A stretch of DNA of 64,000 bases. Source: Ylistrum balloti. Its lineage: Eukaryota. Position 1 is the first letter of the stretch. Each line of letters begins with the position of its first letter. Positions 13,737 through 27,349 of the stretch are shown one piece after another. Under the pieces are notes generated by a model. It did no database searches. It was not told the DNA's origin and saw only the letters and a program-made list of their open reading frames with translations. The stretch is from assembly GCF_031769215.1 (NCBI RefSeq), contig NW_026781958.1, positions 2,232,001 to 2,296,000 of the forward strand, in the 5' to 3' direction. The position numbers were made by a program, and so were the translations under genes.

Positions 13737-14616
13737 GGTTATATGACCGAATGCACAACAGCATGTAAAAGCATAGCACACGAACGCCTTACAGTCTCCG
13801 TCGGCATGTACAACATAACATATATACCCCCAGTTTTATGGATGGTATCTCGACACATGTATGGCACCGAGAGGTGTTAGAGGTCAAAGTTTCATTGTCT
13901 CTGTTTTAGCTTAAGATGATCTGATTTGTGATACTGTTATAAACTGCAGGATGAACTTTGGAGTAAACACTGAACAAACAATCTAACTGTCAGAATGCAA
14001 TAGGCGTTTTTGTCCCGGTGGTCTCAATGTTCCATACCTTTGTCTATTGTCTACCTGGCTTCCATTACACCTGTGGACGTGTACACGTTTGCAATTAAAT
14101 TTTAAGGACCACCGATTTTGTATAATCTTTATTACCATTATAGGATTTTTAAAAATGTTTACAAGATTTATGATAAACAATGTCATTGAATAAGATTAAG
14201 CTAATAATTTAAAAGTACATATCTATTTCAAAGTTTAAAGAATCATATAAATTGTTCTGTCATGGATTTCCTCATTGAAATCATCCTTCGTTTCTAATAT
14301 TAACTACAAGGCACAAAATGAGGAGTTGATCTTCTTTGTCAAATTCTTTGGGATCCTTTTTCGGCGTTTACAGAGAAATCTTAGATAAAACACTATCTTC
14401 TTCATAAATAAGAAAAGTCATAGATTTGTTTGTTTTTCTAATAATTTAGATGAACTAAAGAACAATATAGCAGGAATGTATAAATAAGTTGTCCATGAGC
14501 ACGTGACATTCTTTTTTTTATATTACATTTGCAAACATACGTGAAAGCTTCTTTTTATCAGATTGATACAAAATCTAAACCAGCGATATTCTTCACTCTA
14601 TATTTTTTTTCTTTTG

Positions 14617-14657
14617 TGACGTCACAATATATATGACGATATGAAGTTATGACGTCA
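14617..14657. promoter_or_regulatory. Pair of perfect CRE palindromes (TGACGTCA) ~0.9 kb upstream of gene A start
   Basis: TGACGTCA at 14617-14624 and 14650-14657. Function unproven; may be repeat-derived. Confidence 0.4.
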
Positions 14658-16269
14658 TCACTTTTAGCCTCCAGTCAATCACAGCGCCATTAGTTCACAT
14701 TACATGTACATATCACTTATCTTTGTATGTGTTTATTTTCAATGGGAGTAACAAAATGGTTTTAAGTTCATTTTATTCTGGCACCTTTTAAACATATTAT
14801 TTCATTCTAAAATATATCTTCGTCAATTCTTTGTTACGGACAGGTTTTGTATTTTGTATCATAAAGATGATATGATGAAAACACGTTATTGTCACTTTAG
14901 AAAACATTCCGTGCCATTCGAAATTAAAGTAGAATACAGATAAAAAGATCTCATCGATACAATTATCTTTAACAATGGACGACGGTTCTTCATCTTTATC
15001 TACTTGAACCAATACAAAAATGCAACATTTACAAAAATATTTCAAAAGGATTGAAGTAGTTAACATAGGAAAACAGATAAACTTGTTTAAGATGCAACTT
15101 TATTTAGATTTTCTTTATTCCATTGAATTCCGATATGATAAGATCATGGCCATCAAATTTGATTTAGTTGATATGGACATCAAACGAAGTTTTGAAATAT
15201 TAATATGAAACAGCATTTCAAAGCAATAAATAAAACGTCACGATAATTCAACATTACCATATTATGTTGCCAACACTAAATTCATGATTCATTATCTAAT
15301 ATTTCATCCTCAATGCGATCAGCATGTGTACTGCGTGGACCAAAGATTATTTAAGATACTGTGTACCAGTCTTTGACGTGTCCAATACCTGTCTGTCATG
15401 CTTTGTCTCCCGTCTGTATTGGCACCAACCGGTACCAGCTTGTTCAAAGGACACCTCGAGCTAGAAACATGTTTGATATCACGAAACCACTTTTGATATT
15501 GATTTGTATATTGATGAGGAAAAATCAAAACTGTGATGTCTTTCCTATAGTGTTAAGCTGAAAGTACTTTTAATAATTTGGTTTATACAACGATTAGGGT
15601 GGTCTGATAACATAATATAAAAAGCTTTGTTAGTTTTAAAAACAATTACATAATAAAATCGATCAAGATATTTAGTCAACCTTTCAGTAAAAGAACATGT
15701 ATTTTTTTTTATATTAGAATTTTATACCATAGATTTAAATATCTCATTTCCTCAATGTGTATGAATGATTATATTGATATACATTTGCAAGTAATAATGT
15801 TATTAAGTTGATATTAGTTATAAAACAAAGACAGAATAATTTAAATCAATCCTGACGTCCATTTGTAGAAATACATTAATCATAATTATTCATTTCGTGA
15901 CTGTTAGTACCTCAAAAAAATATTTTTTGTGTGTGTGTAGAGTAATGCTGTGTAACGTGTCAATTTAATCTACCTTGAGAATGTCTTTTGAATATATTTC
16001 GTCAATATATCAACGTCAGATTTTATTTGAACCCGCAGGTGTAAATTATTTCATATTTCATAAAATGTACCCAAACTTGATACTGTGTCAGATTATATTT
16101 AATGTATTCTAAAAGTAAATCAGATACCAAGCTGGCCATTGCGAATTAACAAACATTATTGAGTACAATATAATAAATGAATAATAAAGACAGCAAAGTA
16201 TCTTTTCTTTTCCTCTCCGTTATTCTCAGCCTCATAAAGTCGGTGAATTTTTGTCACTCCATATTGCTA

Positions 16270-16990
16270 CCTATGTTATTCAAATATGAAGTGCCGACTG
16301 TAACAAAAACAACAAGAATATGCCAAAAAGTTAACATAATCTAATCCAACACATTTAAGTAAGAATATGGCAAACTATGAACAGAAGAAAGATGTTCACT
16401 AAAACTCCTGAACAAATTCAAATGTACATGTATCTATGTATACAACAATGTCTAACTTTATATCGCACAAAGAAAAAAGAATATTTCTCAATGTGACCGC
16501 TATGACGACCGTAAAACGTCTACATTCTGTACTTTCAAAACCTTGTGTTAGTAATTTGTAAACGGTTGTAAGAAAATCGTGATCTTGGGAACAGACCTTT
16601 GATTATCGAATTAACTGTGACATGTTAACACAATAGACTGGGTATGCATCGATGTTGTTATCCAGGAATGGACAATTCAAACCATGGTCAACTGAATTTT
16701 TTACGCCAATCATACAGCTTTGTGGAAAACTGTCCATCTTTGTTTCGTTGTAGGAAAAGATCGAGATAAATGGCTGATCTAGAATAGTCTGCTGTGTCTT
16801 TGATTTCCAATGGGTATATACGATAGACGTGGTGAATAAATTTCCTGTTATCTAAAGACAGGACGTCAGCAATATATCTATATCTGAAAGTGAAATTAAG
16901 GATTAAGCAAGGTCTTTTCGTTCTCCGTATATTTTCTCTTTGATGTTGACGTATTTTATACAAAAGTTTCAGTATAGTTCACAACCATAT
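16270..16990 (-). mobile_element. 5'-truncated, decayed Penelope-like reverse transcriptase fragment with 3' tail
   Basis: Minus strand gives NFTFRYRYIADVLSLDN...RIYPLEIKDT...SAIYLDL...STKLYD, then NCPFLDNNI...VNMSQLIR*SKVCS...DFL...KLLTQGF. These follow the FRYIDD / YLDL / TKLYDKRDDF / ISQLIRY motif order of invertebrate Penelope-like RTs, with stops and frameshifts. Confidence 0.8.
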
Positions 16991-17750
16991 ATGACAAAAG
17001 CATTTGAAAAGACACAATACATCTCTGTCCCATGATAGGTGAACGTGTTGCAATCCTATATTTGCAACGCCGTTCATCTTTCATGGGATAGTTGATTGCA
17101 GATGCTGTGTGCCTTTTCAAAAGCATTTAACTGCGTTTTGTAATGCTTGTTAGGTCTATAACCAACACCTACAGCAATTTTCCGATTAGCATCTTCAAGC
17201 CGTGTTTGGTTATCTCGTCAAATGTCATTTGTTTCTATCAAAGATATATATCTAGGTCTTAAACTTTCATCTTTCCTCCCCGAAGTACGTTTCATGTAGT
17301 TATAAGGTCACACAGGAGAACTTAATGTCTCGATTTAGACTTTGAAATACTAGAGAGGGTGTATACAGACAGAATTACGTCAGCATATATAATTATATAA
17401 AAAAAAACTGAAATCGTGCAACTTTACTCAAATTGTTTTCCTCCAGCCTTTACTAGTTCAAAATACATGTAGTTGAAGAAAATATACACAAATTATTGGC
17501 ACTTCTCAATATTTATATAGACACAAGTATAGTATATCCCAAACAATGATAAACAAAACTGTCACGTAGCAGTTTCCATACTCGTCTGTGATTTAAGGGC
17601 TATGCATTTGAAAATGCAGACGAAAAGTTGAGGAAATGAACTTTTATCAAAACAAATCAATAAATTAACAAGACATGATTGAACCACATCTTGATGTTAA
17701 TTTGATTTATTTTGGACTTTTGATTTCTTTGGCTACTTATCAATACCAAA

Positions 17751-17860
17751 TCGGCCGAGTGGTTTAGGCGTCACTGTCACAGGTCAGTGTTTTTTTCTTC
17801 GGGAATTCCTGCTTTTCTCCACCACCCCAACCTTGCACGTCCTATCAATAGGACGCAAGG
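17751..17860 (+). mobile_element. tRNA-derived SINE remnant
   Basis: A-box-like GGCCGAGTGGTTTAGGCGTC head, a TTTTCTCCACCACC body segment and a CGTCCTAT/ATAGGACG hairpin at 17838-17855. Confidence 0.55.
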
Positions 17861-19769
17861 ATTCCATTAACTTTGCTTCGCGTGTTTTATAGATCTTAAG
17901 AAGGCAATCCCGAACCCAAACTCAATCCACATTTATAGAAATTCGCCCGATTTATCTATTTGACAAATAAAACTCAGGATATCATGGTCTCTTTATCAAA
18001 ACCCTGGAAAAGTTGTATACCTTTAAATACAATCTATTATATACAATATCAAGACCTTATCTTGAATAACTGTAATCCTAAACAGCAACAGAACAATAAG
18101 TAATATGTAAAATTTTACGTAACAAAAAAATCATACGCAGTAAATATGGTCCGTTTTGAGGTATGTATGTGGATAGGACATTTCTGCCTCCTTACTTGTC
18201 ACAATAATCTTGTGTAGCTTAAAGTTTTATCAAAATAGACGATACAGAATAGGAATACCCTATATGGAAAATCATATCATATACATACATAAATACATAT
18301 TTCTTTATTATATATATATATATGAGAGATCTTATAACTGATCAATTATTGTAATTTCTTTTGTTCATTTGATTTTTTGATGTTTGATATCTAAAGACTT
18401 ATAAGTAAACCAAATATATATTTGACCTTTACAATTACCACTAAGGTGTGTATTGTCTCATTTTTTGGTCTTTTACGATCTCGCGCTTAGATCTTTTACA
18501 GTTTGACGCCACATGTTTATAAGACTGAAACAAATGCTCTTCACATGTACTTCGATTTGGTCTATTTTAAAAACCTCTTTGTTTAAATTTGAGTTATTTT
18601 TGAGGTACATCCGCTCCAGTTTGCATTCTAAACAGTCATTATTATTAACCTATGAAACTTAGTATTCTAAAAGTTTTAAAAGAACTATAAAAATTATCAT
18701 TAAATAAGGATTAGATTAATCCAAAAACACACAACAATTTCTTTACAATATAAGTTGTTTAACTAAAAAGGCAGAACATTCACAATTGCGTATGTAGAAT
18801 TATTAATGGTTATATCAAATGTTACATATTTAGTTAAAGTATAAATTATACATATCAACTTAGATAAGGAGGTGATTTTATATAACATTACATTGAAAAA
18901 ATCACGAACTATTTACAATACCGCCTTTAGTGTCATTTACCACTAAGTAATTAACTTCCAATTGCCTATTATACGATAATTAGTAGGGGCTTTGTAAGCC
19001 TTCAATCACCAGATAAACGTCATTTTGACAACTAAGATCCAAAGCGAGACCTGAGAATTCAAGAGGATTTGTCAGCTTCTTTGGTCAGTTGAGATAAAAT
19101 TAACTCAATTATGAAATATTGAAAAACATTTAGGAAATTATAAATATTTGTGTTGAAATACTTAATGAATTATCTATTGAAATTTTGAAGAGTGTTGGAA
19201 TAACTTTTTGTTTTGCGATATTCCGTATTTATAATAAAATGATGTTAGATTTGTTTTTTTCTTTTAGTTAACTATACTTTGACTCAATGGCAACTAACTT
19301 TAATGAATTGTCAAGATAAGAATGCGTTGACGAATAGTACGTCCACATACTGTGGATCTAATGTACCGTGTATAAAAGATAGTTGTCATACCTTAGTCGT
19401 TTGTTTGTGGTAGTTATAGTATATTTATTGATAATCAAAAATATATTGACTCATATCAGGTTAAAGGGATATAACTCTTAGCAAGCTACCTTTATTTCCA
19501 TTTGATTTACTTCCCCTGAAAATATTCCATACGTGTATACCGTGAAAAGTTCTTGATTTATCAAGTATAGACAAACATAACTCTGTATCAATTACGAGAT
19601 TATATTAAGATAGGTGCAAATTGGAAATTAAGTTTGATAGGGACTATTTTATAATAATAAAAAAAGACAAGCGCTTAGGGTTGAATTACTCAGATCCTAA
19701 TATTTATCCCTCAAATCATCAAATATGGTTTCATTTGTGTGTTGCTGGTACGATTTAAAGTGATAATGT

Positions 19770-19960
19770 GGATGTAGCAGAAGATGCTTACACTTCCGGA
19801 ACACCTAGTACTGTTCTCCTTGTTCTTTTATCAGGAGACTTGACAAAAATCTTTCTTTTGTTTAGATTTTGCTCTATCAGTATACCTAATTTGAGTTTGG
19901 ATTAAGAATATGTTCACATGTGGGTATTTTTTTTTTCTTTTGTTATTTACTGATAATTTT
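19770..19960 (+). mobile_element. Retroelement 3' tail copy (same family)
   Basis: GTAGCAGAAGATGCTTACACTTCCGGAACACCTAGTACTGTTCTCCTTG...CAGGAGACT. Confidence 0.6.
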
Positions 19961-22900
19961 TACTGTATCATGGTTTATGTTTGCTGAAAATGTTCCACCA
20001 TTGTGATTATATCTTAAATGTTGTATAACATGAACGATTAAGACAATAAGAAGATGAGTATTTTATTTTAAAACAATGTAACAGAAATATGATGATGGCT
20101 GCAATACAGATTACTACATTTCGCGGCGAAAGTTACGAGAATTTACGGATCAATCTGTGTAGAGATATCACAGGTTTTGACAAAGTAGTGTCTATCTAAC
20201 ACAACCAGTGGGCAGCAAAGTCATTCATGATATCAAATGGCGACAATCGAAGCTGAAGTAAGAGTAGAAAGTCCGTTTATCCCATCATTGTTGTAAATAA
20301 AGCGTAGAATTCTGAAAACATAAAACAAAACACATTAAAATGTTTCGTTCTCATTCTGGACACCAAACCATTTTTCTAAGTATCTGATAACGGAAAATGA
20401 AGATGGTTACATTTTGCTGACATTATACAGTATGATAATTCTTGAATAATGAAAGTGTGACCCTACGAGTTCTATAGTTTTCATTAATTTTCTTTGATAG
20501 GTATGATTTGATGTGTTGTAGATAATAATTTAAGGAATAATATACTTGAGTGTGAATTAAGACAAAGCGGTAGAGTGGAAACAACAATGTGAAGAGGGAT
20601 ATCATACTAATAACAGATCAGAGTATCGACCCTGTATCATGTCAAGATTAAAATGCTTAGACAAAACTATCATAATTACTTTTTCAAAATATTCAAAGTC
20701 CAACCTGCAGTTAACAAATAAAAGTTGAATCAATTCGAACGCGTCAGGACAAAGTATTTGTTAGATGACTCTATATTAATGAATGACTACTAAAAATAGA
20801 ATAATTTCAAGCCTTGTATAGAAATGTTATTTTATTTATTTAATTAACGACTACTTTACCAAAATGTAAATTCTACATTTGCGATAGATTTGTTGGAATA
20901 ATAATGATAAGATGTTTACTAAAATCAAGTAAAAATGTAATAAATGCATAATTAAGAAAATAATTACATTAAAAGTGAGTATTTTTCTACGATACATAAA
21001 CTAAAAAAGCATTAGTATGTGGTCTTTACTGTAGATTTGCTCAAGTCAGTTATTTGAATCAATTTTGTCGATAGGTGGTATCAAACATCACATCTTGAGG
21101 TAAGAATAATTGCCCTGAACATTCTGCAAAAATGACGAAGTGACGCCACAGTGAAATGCAACGTTGATCCCAATATGTTTCCATATATCATACACCAAAC
21201 TGAACGATGCTGTTCATAACTGTGTTCGATGGAGTACTAGATTATAGAAAATATATTGAAACATACCGTTCAGCAATTATTATGATATCACGAGTAATAT
21301 GTTGTAAAATAAGCCATTTTTTTATGTAGAAAGAATTTAGATGTACGCCACTTCATCCGATACATCATTATCATTTGTTCAAAAAATCCATTTAATGAAA
21401 TTCTATATAAATACATCAGTGTAAAATAGGTTTACAATATCTATGCTACAGTGAAACCTCCTGTGCTGCCAACATCGATCAAATAAGATTTAAAGGTGAC
21501 ACAATAACGTGAAAAAGGGGATTGAATAAATTGTACAAAAGACACATATGTAACCAAAACATGTAATACAAATTCAAGATTAGCTCCACAAGAATCTCAA
21601 CATTTTGACGGGAAGGGAATTCTATCTCAGATTTTTTTTTTATACAAATCAGAGATATGTCTTTGTTATGATATATGAAATACTAACAGTTACACCATTT
21701 AGACATACCACAACTGTTTATATTACTAATTTATTGACAAAGGGTTTTGCTAACAATGGCTAATCAGTTATTTTGTCTTTTACTGTTATATCTACAGATA
21801 AATTTTACAATGCTAATGTTTAACATGCGCATTTACAGGTTATGAAAGCAAACCTTTCGAATGTTAGTTCGATGTAAAACAAATATTGCATCTGTTCTTT
21901 TGAATACTAAATCAGTGATCTATTCATTTATTAACTTTTTCGTATCATCAATAATGAGTACAAATGATACTTGAAATTATTGGATATTGATTAAACGGTT
22001 AAGAAAAACATTACAGCTATTTTAAGTGTAAGCTAATTCAGATTGTAATGTATATTTGTAATCTTCGAAATGGGAGGAAATTGTTCTGGTATGGTGTGCG
22101 CACAGTTACAGGAAGTATGAATAATAATGCCAAATATTGGTATTCAGATTACAAATATTGAAAACTTGTTTTCATAGTTAAGTTCTATTTTATTGAAGAA
22201 ATTTCAATCATTATTTTTTTTATCTAAAGCATAATGTGCTTTCTTGTCGAAATAAACTGATGATAATTTGCGGAATTCAGAGAAAGCCACTCATCCCCAC
22301 TTTCCATACACACTTTTGTTTTATCAATATAATACTTTTTTTCAATTCAACCTTCGGTTACTGGCAATACGTGAAGTATACTACTCAATATTCCATCAAA
22401 CCAACAAAGATACTATACAGCATATAACATAACACACCGATAAGTGAAAAGATATGATTTGAAATTTTGTAAAATTCTTGCAGATAAACATGATACATCG
22501 AAAAGCTCTTCAGGACTAAAAGCATTGAAAGTTTTTTTTTTTTTTTTTTTTTACATAGCAATACTTTAAAGAAGATATGCCCTAAATAGCTCTATAGAAA
22601 ATGTAAAAGTTTTACAATCACGATATCAAGATAAATATGTTCTTACTCGTTAGTAAATTGTCATTCCACACGTGTTATAATTTTTTTAAACTAATAAAAT
22701 CTATTTTTTCACTCAGAGGAATGAGGAACGGGAGTTTTGATTGGTTGATTTCTAAAAATCCCATTTCGCCACTAGCAAAAAGGCCGCTTGACAGAAAGTT
22801 AGTATGTGGGCGACTGAAGTAGGATGGAATTTATCGTATGACACCAACAACTACGAAAAAAAATCATATTTTCGTATGTTCATTGATTTATCTATTTATT

Positions 22901-23462
22901 TTTGCATGTTTGATGCAAGCCGAATTGTTTTGATGAAGCATCAAAAATATGAAAATATTGAATGCAATGTTTTAATACGTTTTTTTTAATTGATATAAAA
23001 ACTTTTAGAACCAATTATCAAAATGATTTCTTGATATTTCCTAACATATAGTATTTTGGTGGTAGCGAATATACTTTTACTACTACTCGGAATATTCCGT
23101 ATACTAATTAATGTTTTCACTCTTTCGTTTATGTTCAACATCGCGTGGAGACATGATCATTAAGAAATGAAATATGGGAGATGAGATACAACAAAAATGA
23201 CAACAAATATCTTGTAGATCGATGTAAATATTATTGGTTACTTAAATAGCGTTTGTTTCATTTCTTCGTCAATAAAGCGATAAACAAAGTAGTTATTGAT
23301 ATATATATAAGTTTGAATGGTTTTATCTAAAGACGACAGAATGAAAGATAAAAAAAAAATACATGAAATAGAAAAAACATGTGTTTAAAATACGTAACAC
23401 ATGTTGTGACAAAAGCAACGATATATGGTGACAATGTACCACAAGCATGAGTCTCCCTATCA

Positions 23463-26400
23463 TCAGTTGCTGTTCGTGAACAAGGCGTAAAACTCTGGAA
23501 TAAAGGCACAAGTCATCATTAATAGTAATAACACAGTTACAAATTATATTAGAAGCTATATATAGTAACATGGTATCATATATAACCCATCCAAATCAGT
23601 TACATTTAAAACTTTAAACTCTGGGTCAAATATACACATCGGCATATATGGCAGCCAAGAAGCTATACACAGTGTGAAATTAGTTGTAAATATTAATGAT
23701 TACATGCACAATGGACCTCAACCAAAGCATGTTAGTTAGAGAGTGAATAATACGTCAGTTTCGAGATAGAACAATTGATGTAAAATTACGTGATAGTCCA
23801 ACCTTCCGGTGATTGTGACGTCATAATTTTTTGAAGAATAGTAGTACCCAGCTCGCGTAATTTTACGCTATTTTCACTATATTGAAACTTCGGTATTGAA
23901 AATGACTTTCAGGAATATTATATCTTATCAAATCATTGAAAATGTAAAACGAAGCGGAAAGTACAAATCCAACAATATTTAACAAAATAGTCACTCCGCA
24001 CGCCGTTTCTAAATACGAAAAATACTTCCTAATAGAAAATAAAGATCAGAAATTCCGGCAAAACTCTATACGGATGGTATAGTTTCCACGATTAAACATA
24101 TAATTACAAAGAAGGGCAGACATTAGATAAACCCAACACACAATATATAGTATCAGTATCGATCTACGGTATCATTCCAACAATATCCCATTCAATCATT
24201 GCTGACTTCCGCAGCTTAAGAAATGTGTGTTTTATTTGATTTGTATCATCAAATTACACTACCCAGCAATAACTCGCAATCGTCGTTTTAAACTTCATTA
24301 ATTATTTGACGCTAGTTGACTGAACTCTTGATGTTTTTAAAATCAAATTGCAAAGTCTAGCTTTTGTAATTAAGATATCATCACAAGAGAAGATTACTTA
24401 TTTGAAGCGTCACATTTTAAAATCCAAGGATGTCAACAACGGATACAATTTAGAACATATCAAAGACTCCGAATACACCTTCAGATGGATGTGTCTGGTA
24501 AGTGTTGCAAAATAATACTTTGAATTTATCTGCAATTTCTTTAGGTCAGTACAAATGAAAAAGTAGAAACCAAAATACATTATAGAATTCATTTGCTATT
24601 AGAAGTCGTCTGTTCGATACCGCTATACAGTATTATGATCAAAACAGAGAAGATTTGACACTTGTGGAAACAAAAACGTAATGCAGTGTGTCACAATAAA
24701 ACAGTAGATTTTAGCATTACTGTATTCTTTAGGTGAAGAATGCAAGCAGTTCTTATGATTGAAATTCTTGGTTTTCCAAGATGACAAATAAACATTTGTG
24801 ATGTTTGTTGTAACAATATCCAATTAATATTGCTTTATACAATGCAGTGTTTTTATGATACAAATATGTATTTTAATGTCGAAAAGCCGCCATGAAGAAA
24901 AGAAAAGGTACGTACTTTTTTGCGGCATCGATTATATTCAAATTGTACTAACACCAAGTGTATTATATCTAACTACGTTAATTCACAAATGTAAAACACA
25001 CAGAGTTCAATGAGGACAAGTTCTCTGGCATTACAACTTGTTACACAAATGTTAAACGCAATAGAATTAGGACTACACGATGTATGCTAATGTTCCGGTT
25101 GTCATAGAACACCATCGCCGTGTCAAATTCAACGTAGAAAATCATTTAGGAACATGATACAAAATGAACTATATATTTCATACTCAGAAGTAAAGAGATG
25201 TTATATCTTAATAAAATCAGATTTACAAATGATTTTGGGAATTTTTGCGCTTGGTAAGTTGAACTTTATGAATTTTAGATTGTGAACACACTGGGAAAAT
25301 CCTTGTAAAGGGTATGTATTCCTGTTGTAAAATGTTAATATATATTTATATATATATATAGAATTGATCAATCCAAACTCTCAAAAGCTAAAGTCATTTT
25401 CAGTACTCCACATACTTCCACAAAATATACCTACCCTCAAAATCGATTTCGCCATCTCCGTCAGTGTCGGCGTCAGCGATAAGCTGCTCAATCTGATCAT
25501 CAGCCAGGGAAGTTGTAGAGAGAATTTGGCGTAATTCATCTGGATTGATTGCACCACTTCCGTCCGTATCAAATTGAGCGAAAGCAATCTCTAGATCTTC
25601 CCTACTCAAATCGTCAGGTCCTAGCTTCGATCGCATCAATACTACGAAGTCTTCAGTTTGAACGATTCCATCTGAAGATACGAACTGTATTATAGTACCT
25701 ACTATTGTTACGTATTGTCGCCTTTATGTGATGATAGACATTGTTATGAATATTTCATTGTACGGTTCACATTATTTTATCTTTATGAAAATTAGCCAAT
25801 TGAACAGAATTGCATGAACTATTTTTCATGGCGTTTAGCCGAATTCTTGCTAAGCTTTCTTAAACATATACAAAAACGTAATAGAATCTGGGCTCACATC
25901 CTCAAGGTTATGTGTCCAGTACTGACAGTAATCATCCTGTATGGGATTGATATTAACAGAGATATGGTGTCTTATTCGTACTGTACTTTGTTCTGATTTT
26001 GCCGTGAGTGGATCTGGCAATGCAAATTGTTTTTGAAGTGTTGAATATGTGATAGATGTCATATGAAGGTATTCCATATCTAACTTTGGAAAATTACTAT
26101 TATTTGCCGTGGCATCTGGTTTCATAAACAAGACCTTTAATTGTCTTGTGAGATCTGACTCGTCTTACAATCGCAATAATGACTTTAAGACGAGTTTTGA
26201 TTTCTTAGCGAATGTCCACTGATACAGTTAAGTTCTAACAAGCTCCAGAAAGACATCAAGGTATTAGAGACATTCTGGTCGTATTTTTCTAATAAATCTG
26301 TGATACGCTAGATAGTACATTTTACCGTTTTTTTCTCTTGTCAATATTGTAAGATTTTCACGAAGTTCTGATTCGGGTGGATTCATCCCAAGTAAGTTGC

Positions 26401-27349
26401 AGCACATTCGTAGTTCTTTACAATGCGTCTTTCCTTCTCTGTTTCTCCCAAAACAATCCACCAAGTCACGCAAATCTAAGCAAAACAGCATAAACATATA
26501 TCAGAGTTAAATTTGTGGCGATGAAATCTTCGTTAGCAAGTTGTATACCAGATCTGAAATAAATTTTCGCCTGCAATATCAGCAATGATCATGTCAAATG
26601 AGGTACAGAAAGTAGGGTATATATTAAAAACAAATTATATTTGAAATCCGGAGACTTGACTCTTAATTTAAAAAGAAACTCACAATAGAACGTTTTGCTG
26701 CAATACTGATGTGGCGCCCTTTTTTGTTTTTAAACTTTGTTCATATAAGAAACTGCTGGCATCATTTCCGTATCTTAAGCAAGATCAAAGCACTGCCTAA
26801 ATTATCACCATTATCACTTTTTTGCTTGGCCTGATTTCTTGTGACCACTGGTTTCCATAGTTCCTAGATAATTATTTGGAGCGTTATTATCTATATCTTC
26901 AGTACCATTTACAAATACACGAATATCCAACACATACAAACAGTGAATCATATATACATTTCCGCAGCTCAATCTCAATGATTTTTTAAAACCATTTATA
27001 TTTTGTGGACATCTGATTTCGTAAATCAACAATGCTCAATAAATCTATTTATATTGAATCACTAAAAATACATTTCCACGAAAATGAATGATTTTAAAAC
27101 AAAAACAAAAGTTGGAAATATTTAAAATACCATCGGAATAACTATCTATCTGATTATGTAAAGAATCACTTAAAATTATTGATAAGATTGTCGGACCTGA
27201 CGATATATCGTATGACTATACTATTACTCGATGTTTTAACACTGACCATTGTCCGAGTAATGTTCCTGCTTGCTTTCCTGTTCCTTCTGTTGTTCGTGAA
27301 AATATCCTCTGTAGGAGTTGCATTGTTGTTTCTGCTGACCTTGTAACAT
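23463..27349 (-). CDS. Divergent calmodulin-like protein B (degenerate Cys-rich N-lobe, intact C-lobe)
   Basis: Exons 27247-27349 (103 nt, ttttcag|ATG...AATG|gtcagt), optional 26549-26570 (22 nt), 26326-26475 (150 nt), 25435-25671 (237 nt), 23463-23494 (ttattccag|AG TTT TAC GCC TTG...TGA = EFYALFTNSN*). Core DLRDLVDCFGRNREGKTHCKELRMCCNLLGMNPPESEL...FDTDGSGAINPDEL...DADTDGDGEIDFEEFYALF. N-terminus has two possible models. Confidence 0.85.
25850..26131 (-). mobile_element. Possible decayed ISL2EU/Harbinger-type transposase C-terminal fragment inside gene B intron
   Basis: FPKLDMEYL..ITY...Q ... RHH ... PIQDDYCQ ... SITFLYM echoes the FPxL..L..IT.G.YQ / SRH / I..WYC.C / S.LWYL motifs of these transposases. 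Recognised by eye only. Confidence 0.4.

Noticed and set aside
14797-15066. VDKDEEPSS as a remnant EF-hand exon of a sixth gene
   Set aside because: No Gly6 or Glu12, no flanking helices, and no splice sites giving 144 or 243 nt.
24046-24326. Alternative last exons for gene B (EFCRNF* at 24046-24065; EFSQLASNN* at 24298-24326)
   Set aside because: Weaker acceptors than 23494, whose EFYAL closely matches the EFYAM terminal exon of gene D.
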